Assembly (NCBI GenBank): GCA_902514645.1
Contig: CABXRO010000002.1
Location: 11,530-75,529, forward strand
Reading direction: 5' to 3'
DNA length: 64,000 bases
DNA from: an uncultured SAR86 cluster bacterium
GTDB lineage: Bacteria > Pseudomonadota > Gammaproteobacteria > Magnimaribacterales > AG-339-G14
In this document: positions 9,564 through 19,586 of the stretch, one piece after another
Position numbering within the stretch: the first letter of the stretch is position 1
Layout: each line of letters begins with the position of its first letter
Made by a program: the position numbers and the translations under genes
The notes under the pieces: generated by a model
What the model was told of the DNA's origin: nothing
Database searches by the model: none
What the model saw: the letters and a program-made list of their open reading frames with translations, nothing else

Positions 9564-9566
9564 AGG

Positions 9567-10910
9567 CTATGTTAAACGTCTATTGATTTCTTCCTTTAAC
9601 AACCACATTCGATCTTGTCCCCAAACATAATATGGATTTGAACCATCGGCATTGGTTATTTTAAAGCTAGGCACGCCCCAACAATTGCCTTGATACATAT
9701 CATTGACATTATCGTTTAAAACTTTTTTCCATTTAGAATTATTCAAATTTTTTTTAACAGAATCCCAATCCAGTTCTAATTCCGTCACGGTATTCTTTAA
9801 GTAATCATCATCACCAATATTGATTCCCTCCTGAAAAGAAGCTTTTAATAATTCATCTATGTATTCAAAGCCTTTACCCATGGAATCAATCACTGGAAAC
9901 AGCGAATACGCTTTTCTTGCTGGCTTACCAATAGGGGAAAAGATTTCTTTCATTTCATATCCATATTTGCGACCCTCTCTGGCAGCATCGGAGATGATGT
10001 ATTTTCCCTTGAAAGCTGGGATGACCATCATTCTCATCAACATTGGCAAAACAGGTCTAGTGATAAGATTGATAGGGTACTGATCTTGGAATTCCTTAAC
10101 TCTTTTTGCGCTGACAAAGGTATAAGGACTATTTAAAGATGGGTAATAAGTTAAATTTACTTTTTTTTCAGCACTCATAGTCTCAGGTGCCTTTGTTTGA
10201 AGTAAGCAGACAGGTTCATTATCACCGGATTTTTTAACTCCCAGTTCGGTTAAACGATTTTCTAAATGATTTAAGCGATCAACCCCCCAATAGAGCTCTT
10301 TCTCATAATAAAAAGCTGAGCCAAAGTAATAATCACAATTATTTCTGATTTCGTTTCCTTTTTTTAGGTTCTCAAGAACTTCTTCTTCTGATGTATTGTA
10401 GGTAGCCTCCAGCTCTTCAAGCTTTGTCAAATCGGCATTCCAAAGCGCATGACTGACAGTTTTTGCAAGCGATCCAAACTCTTCTGAACTTACTGAAGAC
10501 AAAATGGAATTGGCTTTTTTGACTAAATTTATTTCGGGATAACTAGTCCCGGGAAAATCAACACCATAATAAGGTGCAATTCTTTTTACATCTTCCAGAC
10601 AGTAATCTGTATATAAAGAGGGTTCATGCAAAGCTGATGGATCTTCTTCGCTAACTAAGATGGGTTTAAATTCAACCTCATATGCATTTTTAAATTTCTC
10701 GATGTAATGGACGGTTAAGTGAGAGTAGGGGTCATCTACTTTATGAAAATACAACACTTCATGTTTGCGACCTTCAGCAACTCGGCTTTCCTCTGCTTTC
10801 TTTCTAATTGTTTGAAAGTTCTCAAAGCTTGAGAACATGTTCATTGCTTTGTTTCTTAATTTATATGCAAAGGTTCTTCTGACAATAAAATTTCGTAATG
10901 CTTGAATCAT
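9567..10910 (-). CDS. Tandem DsbA-like / 2-hydroxychromene-2-carboxylate isomerase (kappa-GST-like) domain protein
   Basis: There are two repeats of the fold. Repeat 1 has ...YFHKVDDPYSHL... ending LYWGVDRLNHLE. Repeat 2 has ...YYPSLNSPYTFV... ending CWGVPSFKI...VWGQDRMWLL. Ser replaces the CxxC cysteines, as in HCCA isomerases. Confidence 0.75.
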   Translation of the reverse strand: MIQALRNFIVRRTFAYKLRNKAMNMFSSFENFQTIRKKAEESRVAEGRKHEVLYFHKVDDPYSHLTVHYIEKFKNAYEVEFKPILVSEEDPSALHEPSLYTDYCLEDVKRIAPYYGVDFPGTSYPEINLVKKANSILSSVSSEEFGSLAKTVSHALWNADLTKLEELEATYNTSEEEVLENLKKGNEIRNNCDYYFGSAFYYEKELYWGVDRLNHLENRLTELGVKKSGDNEPVCLLQTKAPETMSAEKKVNLTYYPSLNSPYTFVSAKRVKEFQDQYPINLITRPVLPMLMRMMVIPAFKGKYIISDAAREGRKYGYEMKEIFSPIGKPARKAYSLFPVIDSMGKGFEYIDELLKASFQEGINIGDDDYLKNTVTELELDWDSVKKNLNNSKWKKVLNDNVNDMYQGNCWGVPSFKITNADGSNPYYVWGQDRMWLLKEEINRRLT

Positions 10911-12673
10911 TAAAAGCGTTCCTCACCAGATTGGATTCTTTGATACAAAGAATCGTCAATTTCTACATACCTGCCTTTCTGGTAAAAATATAATTTATCT
11001 TCTATCTTGGCAGGATTAAAACCTTGTTTTTTCAAATCTTCTTTTTGATGTTTGAAAGTTCCAGTAGTTTTCATCACTTCAGCAATTCTTATGAAACATG
11101 GTCTTTGAAAAGTATTGAGATTTTTTTCAACGTGCTCAGAAAAAATTTCAAAATCGAAATCTTCAGATATATTCATTAATGCCATTCCAGCTCTACCATC
11201 TGCAGATTCAACTTCAACTCCGTAAACATTAGAATCTAAGACTTCTGGATATTTATTTAAAATTGCAGCAACTTCCATTGTAGAAACGTTCTCACTTTTC
11301 CAACGATAGGTATCACCGACTCTATCGGCAAACGATAACCAATTATTTTCATGACGCGTTAATAAGTCTCCTGAATTGAACCAAGCATCTCCATCTTTCA
11401 TCACATCGGCCATGACTTTCTTATTGGAGGCTTGTTTATCTAAATAACCTTCAAAAGTAGCAAGATTTGATAATTCAGAGATGAACAATCCGGTCTCGCC
11501 AATCTCAACAGATTCGCAATAACCTTCAGAATTTCTTATAGGTTCTCCAGATTCTAGATCGCACTTAACCACAAGCGATCCTGCCATATATCTACCAACC
11601 ATACCTGGTCTTCCATGAGTATTTACCAAAGCACCAACACCTTCGGTAGCTCCATAAAGCTCTCTGATTTTTGGAATATTGAATCGAGTTTGAAACTTCT
11701 CCCAAATATCAGGTCGTAGACCATTCCCTGAGATAACTTTAAGCTGATGATTTTGATCATCCTTGCTGGGCTCTACATTCATTAAATAACGACAAAGCTC
11801 TCCAACGTAACCAAACATCGTTGCTTTATGTTTTCTAACATCAGGCCAAAATTCTGAGGCAGAAAATTTTTCTTTAATGATAGTTGTTGCGCCTGCTCTT
11901 AAGCAACCTGCCCATGACCAGAGTAGTCCCGTCGCGTGATAGAGAGGCAATGTTAAATATAGGACATCATTTTGTTTTGCTCTAAAACCAAAGAACTGTC
12001 CAGCATAGCTTGTCTTTACTGCCCTTCCATTTGTTATTAATGCAGCTTTTGGTAGACCCGTAGTTCCTGAGGTATAAATATACATAGCTACGTCTTTAAT
12101 TTTTAAATGATGTGGGACAACTTCTCCTGAGTTTAGAGAGGCGCTATTTATATCCGTATAACCTTCTGGAACGTCTTTTGAGTCTTTGAGCAAGAATAGT
12201 TTTAAAGATGCTAATTCTGATTCAGGCATAGAAGATTTAAATTTTTCGAGATGAGAGGCACCAAGTACTGCTGCTTTCGCATCAACAATAGTAACCACAT
12301 GTTTTAGACCTTCTCCAGTAACAGTAGTATTGATTAAAGCTGCAATGGCTCCGATTCTATGAGCGGCAAGTAAGAGCATTAAAAAATCTGCTGAGTTATC
12401 CATTAACAGAGCAAAGCAATCACCTTTTTCTATACCTTGAGATTGTAAGAAAGCTCCATACTGAGAAACTTTCACATCGGCTTCTTGCCAAGTCGTTTTT
12501 TCATCCTTGAAAACAAAAGCAATTTCATTAGGATATTTTTTAACGTTCTTTTCAAAAAAATTAAGAATTGAAAGCTGATTCTCAGGCTTCCAAGTAAAGA
12601 GTACGCGGGGTAAGCCCTGTACCCTGAAGTAAATATCGTCTAGAAATCCATTGATTGCCCATTTTAAACTCAT
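10910..12673 (-). CDS. Long/very-long-chain acyl-CoA synthetase (FATP-like adenylate-forming enzyme)
   Basis: YIYTSGTTGLPKAA AMP-binding motif, YGATEG and GDTYRWKSENVST (FATP/VLACS signature region). 587 aa. Confidence 0.9.
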   Translation of the reverse strand: MSLKWAINGFLDDIYFRVQGLPRVLFTWKPENQLSILNFFEKNVKKYPNEIAFVFKDEKTTWQEADVKVSQYGAFLQSQGIEKGDCFALLMDNSADFLMLLLAAHRIGAIAALINTTVTGEGLKHVVTIVDAKAAVLGASHLEKFKSSMPESELASLKLFLLKDSKDVPEGYTDINSASLNSGEVVPHHLKIKDVAMYIYTSGTTGLPKAALITNGRAVKTSYAGQFFGFRAKQNDVLYLTLPLYHATGLLWSWAGCLRAGATTIIKEKFSASEFWPDVRKHKATMFGYVGELCRYLMNVEPSKDDQNHQLKVISGNGLRPDIWEKFQTRFNIPKIRELYGATEGVGALVNTHGRPGMVGRYMAGSLVVKCDLESGEPIRNSEGYCESVEIGETGLFISELSNLATFEGYLDKQASNKKVMADVMKDGDAWFNSGDLLTRHENNWLSFADRVGDTYRWKSENVSTMEVAAILNKYPEVLDSNVYGVEVESADGRAGMALMNISEDFDFEIFSEHVEKNLNTFQRPCFIRIAEVMKTTGTFKHQKEDLKKQGFNPAKIEDKLYFYQKGRYVEIDDSLYQRIQSGEERF

Positions 12674-12724
12674 AACATTCTCCCAAAAAAAGAGCTTTAT
12701 TTTGTCAGTTTATGAGTTTAATTT

Positions 12725-13447
12725 CTATCTTCTTAGCTTATCTCTTAAATAGAAGGGGAAATAAATAATGTAGAACATCAGGACTCCCAAAATTATGAAA
12801 AAGATATAGTGAAAGGGTGGATCTGGCATCAAATCAACGATTGATTGTCCAGCAGGACGTTGCATCATAAACCAGTAATTTGCTGGTTCTCCCTCGGCAA
12901 AGAAATTGATAATTAAATTCATTAAATAAATTAAAAATAAGACTGGGAAAGTCACTTTTAAGACATCTGAAATTGACTTTAAAGTAGGTCTATTGTTTAA
13001 ACCAATGGAAACAAAACCAATACCGAGCCACATCAAACCATGACTGATGAAGAAAAGCAGGAAGTGTAAATGAGGAAAATCAAATTTTACATCTGGCTGA
13101 GTGTTTGCCATCAAACCACCCCCAATACCCCAAAAAAAAGCTATCTCAAAAAAAATTCTTTTTCGTGTCAACATGTAAGCTGCTGCAGAAAAGCTCGCAA
13201 GATGACAAAAATGCATTGGCAACATTTTTAAAAAAGGAAAATCCTCTGGCCAAATACTAGAATAGATGAAAGGTTTTAAGAGCTCATTGGTTATTAATAT
13301 AATTGCCAAACCTTGAGCAAACTTTGTTTTGATAGACTCTGATTGATTTCTTAAAAAATATGGAATTAAGATAGATAAAGATAAAATGAAAAATAATACC
13401 GAAAGATGATCAGTACCAAAAATTTGAAAAGGTTTAATCTCAAACAT
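12725..13447 (-). CDS. Polytopic inner-membrane protein, family uncertain (possibly YwaF/TIGR02206-like)
   Basis: 240 aa with about 7 hydrophobic helices and no soluble domain. The family assignment is from memory only. Confidence 0.55.
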   Translation of the reverse strand: MFEIKPFQIFGTDHLSVLFFILSLSILIPYFLRNQSESIKTKFAQGLAIILITNELLKPFIYSSIWPEDFPFLKMLPMHFCHLASFSAAAYMLTRKRIFFEIAFFWGIGGGLMANTQPDVKFDFPHLHFLLFFISHGLMWLGIGFVSIGLNNRPTLKSISDVLKVTFPVLFLIYLMNLIINFFAEGEPANYWFMMQRPAGQSIVDLMPDPPFHYIFFIILGVLMFYIIYFPFYLRDKLRR

Positions 13448-13813
13448 ATTAAGAATTTCTTTCTAAAATTAATCTTATTTCTTATTTTATGTTACTTCAC
13501 AGCTTGCTCAAAAGAATTTGAGATTAAAAAAACCTCTTGGAAGTCTTCCTTGGATTATTTTTCAGAACAACAAGGAAATTACGAGGTAACTTACTTTGTT
13601 GATGTTGGTACTAAAGAAGCTTATGTTGGGGGAGTTCTAGAAATATACAAGTTACCCAAAATGGATTATTTAGATCGTATCAAGGTTACAGAAATAGAAT
13701 TCTTTAAAAGAATAGATGGTTTGCAAATGTGTAGAATTTGGGGCGAAAGCTCTAAAACTGGAACTTCTAATCATCTTTTAGCAAGAGAGTGTCAAGTCCT
13801 TACTGGTCTTTGA
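13406..13813 (+). CDS. Hypothetical lipoprotein
   Basis: Signal-peptide-like ...KNFFLKLILFLILCYFTAC with a lipobox-like FTAC. The start is uncertain: ATG 13406 overlaps the divergent gene by 42 nt, and an ATT at 13448 would give a canonical short signal peptide. Confidence 0.45.
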   Translation: MISTKNLKRFNLKHIKNFFLKLILFLILCYFTACSKEFEIKKTSWKSSLDYFSEQQGNYEVTYFVDVGTKEAYVGGVLEIYKLPKMDYLDRIKVTEIEFFKRIDGLQMCRIWGESSKTGTSNHLLARECQVLTGL

Positions 13814-14585
13814 GATCTTCGTAAAACTCTTCAAAGCGACCCTGAAGTCTTTGCATCCCAGTTATCCATCGATCGTAATCGGAAGTTTTTCTCTTAATAT
13901 ATTCTAGTACTTCCTGGTGAGGGGTTACGAGAAAACGTTCTTTTTGAATGGCATCGATAACATCTTTGGCACATTCATCTGCTTCGATCATACCGTCAAC
14001 CCCAGCAACTCCTGGACCTTGAGCTGTCATTGCAGTTTTAACTGCTTGAGGGCATAAACAGGAAACCCCAATTCCTTTACTGCCATAAGTAATTTTAATC
14101 CATTCTGCCAGTGACACGGCTGCAGCTTTAGTTACGGAATAAGGAGCCGCTCCAATTTGGGTTAACAATCCAGCTGCTGAAGCTGTATTGACCAGATAAC
14201 CAGATCCTTGATCGAGCATCTGAGGAATTAAATGTTTTGCTGCGTGTGCGTGCGCCATGAAATTCACATCCCAAATGGTTTGCCAATCGTCAGTTGTGAC
14301 ATCTAACAATCCTACCGCTCCTCCAATACCTGCATTGGAGCAAAAAATATCAATTCCACCCATCCTCTCATTGGCAAAAGCAATCAAATCTTTTACTTCT
14401 TCTTCTTTACCGACATTCACTACAAAGCCCGAAAACCCAAGTTCTTCCGCAACAGTTAAGACTTCTTCATTAAGATCGGCAAGAATTACATCTTTAGCTT
14501 TTTCATTCTTAAATTCGATAGCCAAAGCTTTACCAATTCCACTTGCTGCGCCAGTAACAACAACTCTTTTGTCAACAATTTCCAA
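13800..14585 (-). CDS. SDR-family oxidoreductase
   Basis: VTGAASGIGKA Rossmann motif, NAG and YSVTKAA (YxxxK). I place the start at TTG 14585, which has GGAGG 6 nt upstream and lies just after the upstream gene's TAA. The longer track ORF to 14681 overlaps that gene. Confidence 0.85.
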   Translation of the reverse strand: MEIVDKRVVVTGAASGIGKALAIEFKNEKAKDVILADLNEEVLTVAEELGFSGFVVNVGKEEEVKDLIAFANERMGGIDIFCSNAGIGGAVGLLDVTTDDWQTIWDVNFMAHAHAAKHLIPQMLDQGSGYLVNTASAAGLLTQIGAAPYSVTKAAAVSLAEWIKITYGSKGIGVSCLCPQAVKTAMTAQGPGVAGVDGMIEADECAKDVIDAIQKERFLVTPHQEVLEYIKRKTSDYDRWITGMQRLQGRFEEFYEDLKDQ

Positions 14586-14587
14586 GA

Positions 14588-16297
14588 TTATCCTCCAAGT
14601 TTTTCTACGGCTTCTTCTCGCATCTGTTTTTTTGCAATTTTCCCGGAAGCAATCCGAGGAAGTTGATCGGTTTGAAACCACATGTATTCTGGAATTTTAA
14701 ATTTAGCTAACTTTTTTGCTAGAAAAGAAGAAAGTTCTATTTCATCAATTTTATGATCTTCTCTAAAGGAGACCATGGTGGCTAGCTTTTCTCCAAGCCT
14801 TTCATCTGGAACTCCAAAAACAGATGCTTCAAGAACAGCAGGGTGTTCAGTAATTGCGGCTTCGACTTCTAAACAAGCAATATTTTCTCCGCCGCGAATT
14901 ACAATATCTTTTTTACGATCTTTGATAAAAAGAAAATCATCATCATCAATCAATCCTAAATCTCCTGAACGAAACCAGCCATCAGAATCCAGTACTTCAT
15001 CAGTAGCATCTTGATTCTTCCAATAACAGCGGAAATTACAGGCTCCTCTGATACAAACTTCACCGATTTCTCCCTTAGGTAGTTCTTTTCCATCATCATC
15101 AACTATTTTTAAATCAATGAGTTTTGGAACAGCAAAACCAGTACTTTCTGGCTTTTGTAAATAAACATCGCCAGTATTATTCGCGGCTAGAGCATTGGTT
15201 TCCGTAAGTCCATATCCAATACCAGGATTGGTATCCTTCATATTAGCTTTCATTTCTTTAACTTGTTCGGGTGGTCGAGCTGCTCCACCACCTGTTAAAT
15301 CTTTTAGTGATGAAATATCTCTGGGATTTTTCTTTTGTGCTTCAACCAATTCATAGGACATGGTTGGCACCCCAGTGAACATTGATATTTTTTCACGTTC
15401 AATCAAATCCAATGCTACTTCTGGATCCCACTTGTACATCAAAACTGTTTTTCTAGCTACTGGAATAGAAAGCAAAAAAATAGCGTGGCAGCCAGTGACA
15501 TGAAACAGGGGTACGCTGACTAGCGTAGCTATTTGTTGCTGATCAGCTTCAGGCTCAGACTCACCAAGTGCTGCTTTACCCATACTTGTTAAAGTGACCC
15601 AATAATAAGGCGCAAAAATGATAGAACGGTGCGTTGCGACCACTCCTTTTGGGTAACCTGTACTTCCAGAGGTATACATAATAGAGGCATCGTCCTCAGG
15701 TAAAATTTCTACAGGATTTTTAAGTGTATCGCTTGCTCCCTCAATAACCTTGTAAAAATCAAATTCCTGATGGTCTGGGTTATTAGAACGCACAGATATT
15801 TTTGCTACATCCGAACATCGATCTCCAAGGCGGTCCAAACGTTCTTCATCACCAATGAATAATTTTGATTCGCTATTGGTTATGCCATATTCGAGTTCAT
15901 CGCCTTGCCACCACGAATTTAACGGAACAACAATTCCTCCAATTGAAGTAATGGCCATGTAACAAAACATCCACTCAGGGTAGTTACGCATGGAGAAAGA
16001 AACTTTATCGCCTTTCGCGATACCATAAGTACTTTGTAAAACGTTACCTAATTGATTAGCTTTTGCAAAAGTCTCTGGGTAAGTAATTCGATCCTCATCG
16101 TAAATAATATGTTCCCAATCACCGTGCATAAGACCAATTTCATAAAATTCCCTTAGGTTGTTGGGAGCTTCAGCAAAGACATGATACTCGTTACCTCTGA
16201 TAGTATCTTTTTTTAACGACAGCATGCCTTCAGACGTAACTTGTTCTAATAAAGCTAAACGATTAGCCGGATCAATAAAATCCATCGTATTTTCCAT
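14588..16297 (-). CDS. Acyl-CoA synthetase (AMP-forming ligase)
   Basis: MYTSGSTGYPKGV, GYGLTE, GWFRSGD and a C-terminal PRIASGKI. 569 aa. Confidence 0.9.
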   Translation of the reverse strand: MENTMDFIDPANRLALLEQVTSEGMLSLKKDTIRGNEYHVFAEAPNNLREFYEIGLMHGDWEHIIYDEDRITYPETFAKANQLGNVLQSTYGIAKGDKVSFSMRNYPEWMFCYMAITSIGGIVVPLNSWWQGDELEYGITNSESKLFIGDEERLDRLGDRCSDVAKISVRSNNPDHQEFDFYKVIEGASDTLKNPVEILPEDDASIMYTSGSTGYPKGVVATHRSIIFAPYYWVTLTSMGKAALGESEPEADQQQIATLVSVPLFHVTGCHAIFLLSIPVARKTVLMYKWDPEVALDLIEREKISMFTGVPTMSYELVEAQKKNPRDISSLKDLTGGGAARPPEQVKEMKANMKDTNPGIGYGLTETNALAANNTGDVYLQKPESTGFAVPKLIDLKIVDDDGKELPKGEIGEVCIRGACNFRCYWKNQDATDEVLDSDGWFRSGDLGLIDDDDFLFIKDRKKDIVIRGGENIACLEVEAAITEHPAVLEASVFGVPDERLGEKLATMVSFREDHKIDEIELSSFLAKKLAKFKIPEYMWFQTDQLPRIASGKIAKKQMREEAVEKLGG

Positions 16298-16299
16298 AA

Positions 16300-17124
16300 C
16301 TATTTTCCTGTGAAGTTTGCAGGGCGCTTTTCAATGAAATGTTTGACACCTTCCTTGAAATCTTCTGAACCAAAACTTTTTACCATCTCTTCCATAGATG
16401 ATTCCAAATTGGTTTTGATGTCTTCACCTAAGGCAGTATAGATTTGACGTTTCATTATCTGTACTGATCTAGGAGAGACGTTCTGCGCAATATCCTCTGC
16501 ATAAGCCATAACGTCTTCCATAAAGCTTTCTGCAGGAAAACAACGATTAATTAAACCAATGCGTTCTGCTTCTTTGGCATCAAATTTTCTAGCAGTCATC
16601 ATGATGTCCATGGTGTGTGCAACTCCAATGATTCTCGGCAGTATCCAACCCACGCCCCATTCAGCAATGAGTCCTCTTTTAGAAAAAGCTGTTGAGAATA
16701 CAGCGTCTTGTGAAGCAACACGCATATCACAATACAATGACATGATTAAACCTACACCTGCAGCAGGACCATTGATTGCAGCAATTATAGGTTTAGGTAC
16801 TGAAGGAAAATAACTATAAGTACCTTCCCATTCTGATAAACCGTTTGTTTCGTAGTTACGGTCTTCAGGTTGGTCAGGATTTTCTTCTCGATTATTGGCT
16901 GAAATATCAGAGAGATTATCCATATCAGCACCAGCTGAAAAACCTCGACCAGATCCAGTAAGTACGATCACTTTTACATCATCATCTTTACAAGCATCAT
17001 CGATCTTTTCTTTAAGTCTTGCAGTTAACTCGCCAGTGATTGCATTAAGTCTATCCGGACGATTTAGTGAAATTAAAGCTACTCCCGAATCTTTCTTGTC
17101 ATATAAAACTACTTCATTACTCAT
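16300..17124 (-). CDS. Enoyl-CoA hydratase/isomerase (crotonase) family protein
   Basis: LNRPDRLNA, GRGFSAGADM and INGPAAGVG oxyanion-hole segments, with a C-terminal SEDFKEGVKHFIEKRPANF. Confidence 0.85.
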   Translation of the reverse strand: MSNEVVLYDKKDSGVALISLNRPDRLNAITGELTARLKEKIDDACKDDDVKVIVLTGSGRGFSAGADMDNLSDISANNREENPDQPEDRNYETNGLSEWEGTYSYFPSVPKPIIAAINGPAAGVGLIMSLYCDMRVASQDAVFSTAFSKRGLIAEWGVGWILPRIIGVAHTMDIMMTARKFDAKEAERIGLINRCFPAESFMEDVMAYAEDIAQNVSPRSVQIMKRQIYTALGEDIKTNLESSMEEMVKSFGSEDFKEGVKHFIEKRPANFTGK

Positions 17125-17882
17125 TAAACTACAGTGCCTCCATCGATTACTAACGTATGTCCATTTACAAAACTTCCTGCTTGAGAAGCTAAAAATACTG
17201 CTGCTCCACCAATTTCATCCGGCTCGCCTATTCTTTTCATAGGACAAGTTGCGGTAGATTGTTTCAAAATTTCTGGGTTCTCCCAAAGAGCTTTTGCAAA
17301 ATCTGTTCGGAATAGTCCAGGAGCAATAGCATTGGTCCTTATGTTGTATTGACCAAATTCTAAAGCATAGTTTTTTACAAGCATGATATCTGCTGCCTTC
17401 GAAATATTGTAAGCACCAATTACCGGGCTAGCATTCAAGCCACCAATTGAAGAGACAATAATAATACTTCCATCTTTGCGTTCCATCATTTCAGGAATGA
17501 CCATCTGACATAGATTGTGATTACTTTTAATATTATTATTCATAATCTTTTCAAAAGCATCATCAGGAATATCTTTAATGGAACCAAAAAAAGGATTACT
17601 TGCTGCGTTGCAAACTAAAATATCTATTTGTCCCAATTGCGATCTTGTTTCTTCAACCAGCATCTCCAAAGCTGTTTTATCTGAAATATTGCAAGGAATG
17701 ACAATGGCTTTTCCTGGAAGACCCAAAGAATTAATTTCTTCTGCTGTAGCTTCACAGACATCTGCCTTTCGACTTGAGATGACTACATTAGCTCCTTGTT
17801 GAGCCATAGCTGTAGCAATAGATTTTCCAATCCCTTTAGAGGAACCGGTGATGATGGCGTTTTTTCCTGTTAAATCAAACAT
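17124..17882 (-). CDS. SDR-family oxidoreductase (FabG-like)
   Basis: ITGSSKGIGKS, NAAS and YNISKAA. It overlaps the downstream crotonase gene by 1 nt. Confidence 0.85.
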   Translation of the reverse strand: MFDLTGKNAIITGSSKGIGKSIATAMAQQGANVVISSRKADVCEATAEEINSLGLPGKAIVIPCNISDKTALEMLVEETRSQLGQIDILVCNAASNPFFGSIKDIPDDAFEKIMNNNIKSNHNLCQMVIPEMMERKDGSIIIVSSIGGLNASPVIGAYNISKAADIMLVKNYALEFGQYNIRTNAIAPGLFRTDFAKALWENPEILKQSTATCPMKRIGEPDEIGGAAVFLASQAGSFVNGHTLVIDGGTVV

Positions 17883-17900
17883 TGTGTTTTCTCCTTGTAA

Positions 17901-18692
17901 TTATTTACCTTTCCAGTTCGGCAATCTTTTTTCAGCAAATGCTACAGGACCTTCAATAAAGTCTTCGCTTCCGAATAACTCTTTTACTGCGGAGTAATGA
18001 GCCTGCATTGATTTTTCTAAGTCTGGCTCATTGAAATTTTCATAAGCGACTTGTTTGGTAGCCCTAATAGACATGGGAGAACATTCTTCAATTTGTTTTG
18101 CCCAAGCTTTTGCAGCAGATATTAGATTCTCTGGCTCAACAACTTCATTAACAAAACCAAGTCTCATACCTTCTTCTGCAGAAACATGTCTGCCGGTTAG
18201 CATCATGCCAAGCGCATTTTTCATTCCAATTTGCCTTGGAAGTCTTTGCATACCTCCAGCAAGTGCGGCTAAGCCAACTTTGGGTTCTGGTAATGCAAAC
18301 TTTGCATTAGTAGAAGCAACAATCAAATCACAGGCTAGGGCTATCTCAAATCCACCACCCATGGAAACACCATTCACAGCAGCAATCAGAGGCTTAGTTA
18401 AATTAAATCTGGAAGTTAATCCAGCGAAACCCGAAGAGGCCATATTGATATCCATTTTTCCTCCTGCTTCAGCTTGAAACTTAAGATCATTTCCTGCAGA
18501 AAAAGCACGATCGCCTTCACCAGTGACAATACCAACCCAGAGATTTTCATCTTTCTCAAATTCATTCCAAACTTCATCAAATTCTGCATGAGCAGGTGGG
18601 TGTAAGGCATTCATTCGTTCCGGTCTATTTATTGTGACGGTTAAGATGTGACCGTCGATTTCAGTTTTTAAAAATTCGTAATCGGTTTTCAT
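17901..18692 (-). CDS. Crotonase-family protein, CaiD-like (carnitinyl-CoA dehydratase-type)
   Basis: FSAGNDLK, SGFAGLTSRFNLTKPLIAAVNG, GGGFEIALACD, FALPEPKVG and the C-terminal SEDFIEGPVAFAEKRLPNWKGK are colinear with my recollection of E. coli CaiD. The substrate is not inferable. Confidence 0.8.
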   Translation of the reverse strand: MKTDYEFLKTEIDGHILTVTINRPERMNALHPPAHAEFDEVWNEFEKDENLWVGIVTGEGDRAFSAGNDLKFQAEAGGKMDINMASSGFAGLTSRFNLTKPLIAAVNGVSMGGGFEIALACDLIVASTNAKFALPEPKVGLAALAGGMQRLPRQIGMKNALGMMLTGRHVSAEEGMRLGFVNEVVEPENLISAAKAWAKQIEECSPMSIRATKQVAYENFNEPDLEKSMQAHYSAVKELFGSEDFIEGPVAFAEKRLPNWKGK

Positions 18693-18781
18693 ATTTTCTC
18701 CCTAAAAAGTGGAAGTTAATCTTAATAAAGGTTAACGCTTGAGTCCATAGGAGATGGGTTACTTTATTTTTTCTTCAAAAC

Positions 18782-18790
18782 TGTAATAAT
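18782..18790 (+). promoter_or_regulatory. Candidate extended -10 (TGtAATAAT) for the 18817-20954 operon
   Basis: TGTAATAAT lies 27 nt upstream of ATG 18817, followed by an AAGGAGAG Shine-Dalgarno at 18806-18813. No good -35 is visible. Confidence 0.3.
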
Positions 18791-18816
18791 GCTAGTCACT
18801 TTTTTAAGGAGAGTTT

Positions 18817-19584
18817 ATGAATATACAAGATAAAGTTGCCGTGATTACTGGTGGTGCATCCGGACTGGGCTTGGCTACTGCCAAAGCACTTAAAGAGAAG
18901 GGCGCAAAATTAATGTTGTTGGATTTAAACGAAGACAATGCTAAAGCAGCGGTTGCAGAATTAGGTGACTATGCAGATTACTGCATTACCAATGTCATTG
19001 AGGAAGATAATGTCAAAGCCGCAATGGATAAAACTTTAGAAAAATTTGGTGCCATTCATATTCTGATCAATTGTGCCGGAATTGGAAGTGCTTCCAAAAC
19101 GGTTGGTAAAGACGGCCCTCATCCATTGGATTATTTTAAGTTGGTAATCGATATCAATCTTAATGGGACTTTTAATTGTTTAAGACTTGCCGCTGAAGTC
19201 ATGGGAAAGAATGAGCCGGAACAAGATAACGAATGTGGGGTAATTATCAATACGGCATCTGTTGCTGCTTTTGACGGTCAGATTGGACAAGCTGCCTATA
19301 GCGCAAGTAAAGGTGGAGTTGTAGGTATGACCTTACCCATAGCAAGAGACTTAGCAAGAATGGGAATCAGAAACAATACTATTGCTCCAGGAATTTTTGA
19401 TACACCTCTAATGGCCATGGCACCAGATGCAGTAAGAAATCCTCTTATTGAAATGACGCAATTTCCAAAACGTTTGGGTAACCCCGATGAATTTGCGATG
19501 TTGGCAACGCAGATAATTGAGAATCCTTTCCTTAATGGGGAGACGATTCGTCTTGATGGTGGAATCAGGATGCAACCGAAATAA
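18817..19584 (+). CDS. Type-2 (HSD17B10-like) 3-hydroxyacyl-CoA dehydrogenase, SDR family
   Basis: ITGGASGLGLAT, NCAGI and YSASKGG. 255 aa. The overall pattern matches short-chain 3-hydroxyacyl-CoA dehydrogenase type II. Confidence 0.8.
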   Translation: MNIQDKVAVITGGASGLGLATAKALKEKGAKLMLLDLNEDNAKAAVAELGDYADYCITNVIEEDNVKAAMDKTLEKFGAIHILINCAGIGSASKTVGKDGPHPLDYFKLVIDINLNGTFNCLRLAAEVMGKNEPEQDNECGVIINTASVAAFDGQIGQAAYSASKGGVVGMTLPIARDLARMGIRNNTIAPGIFDTPLMAMAPDAVRNPLIEMTQFPKRLGNPDEFAMLATQIIENPFLNGETIRLDGGIRMQPK

Positions 19585-19586
19585 AT

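Noticed and set aside
9371-9566. Possible SAM-type riboswitch upstream of the CBS-like/CGL-like sulfur-metabolism pair.
   Set aside because: I could not identify the pseudoknot-forming conserved segments of the SAM-II or SAM-V classes by eye. The region is mostly an A-rich tract. A covariance-model scan (Rfam/Infernal) would be needed.
14586-14681. Upstream extension of the SDR ORF (track start 14681), overlapping the acyl-CoA ligase gene by 94 nt.
   Set aside because: A TTG at 14585 with GGAGG 6 nt upstream begins right after the ligase stop. The Rossmann motif follows immediately, and the extension (MVSNRSTSSDCFRENC...) is not SDR-like.
14257-14700. 147-aa plus-strand ORF antisense to the SDR/ligase junction. 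Similar antisense ORFs occur at 14775-15014, 16559-16813, 16895-17242, 17578-17802 and 18055-18477.
   Set aside because: All are embedded opposite motif-bearing enzymes. Their translations are Ser/Pro/Thr/Ala-rich mirror images with no motifs and no ribosome-binding sites.
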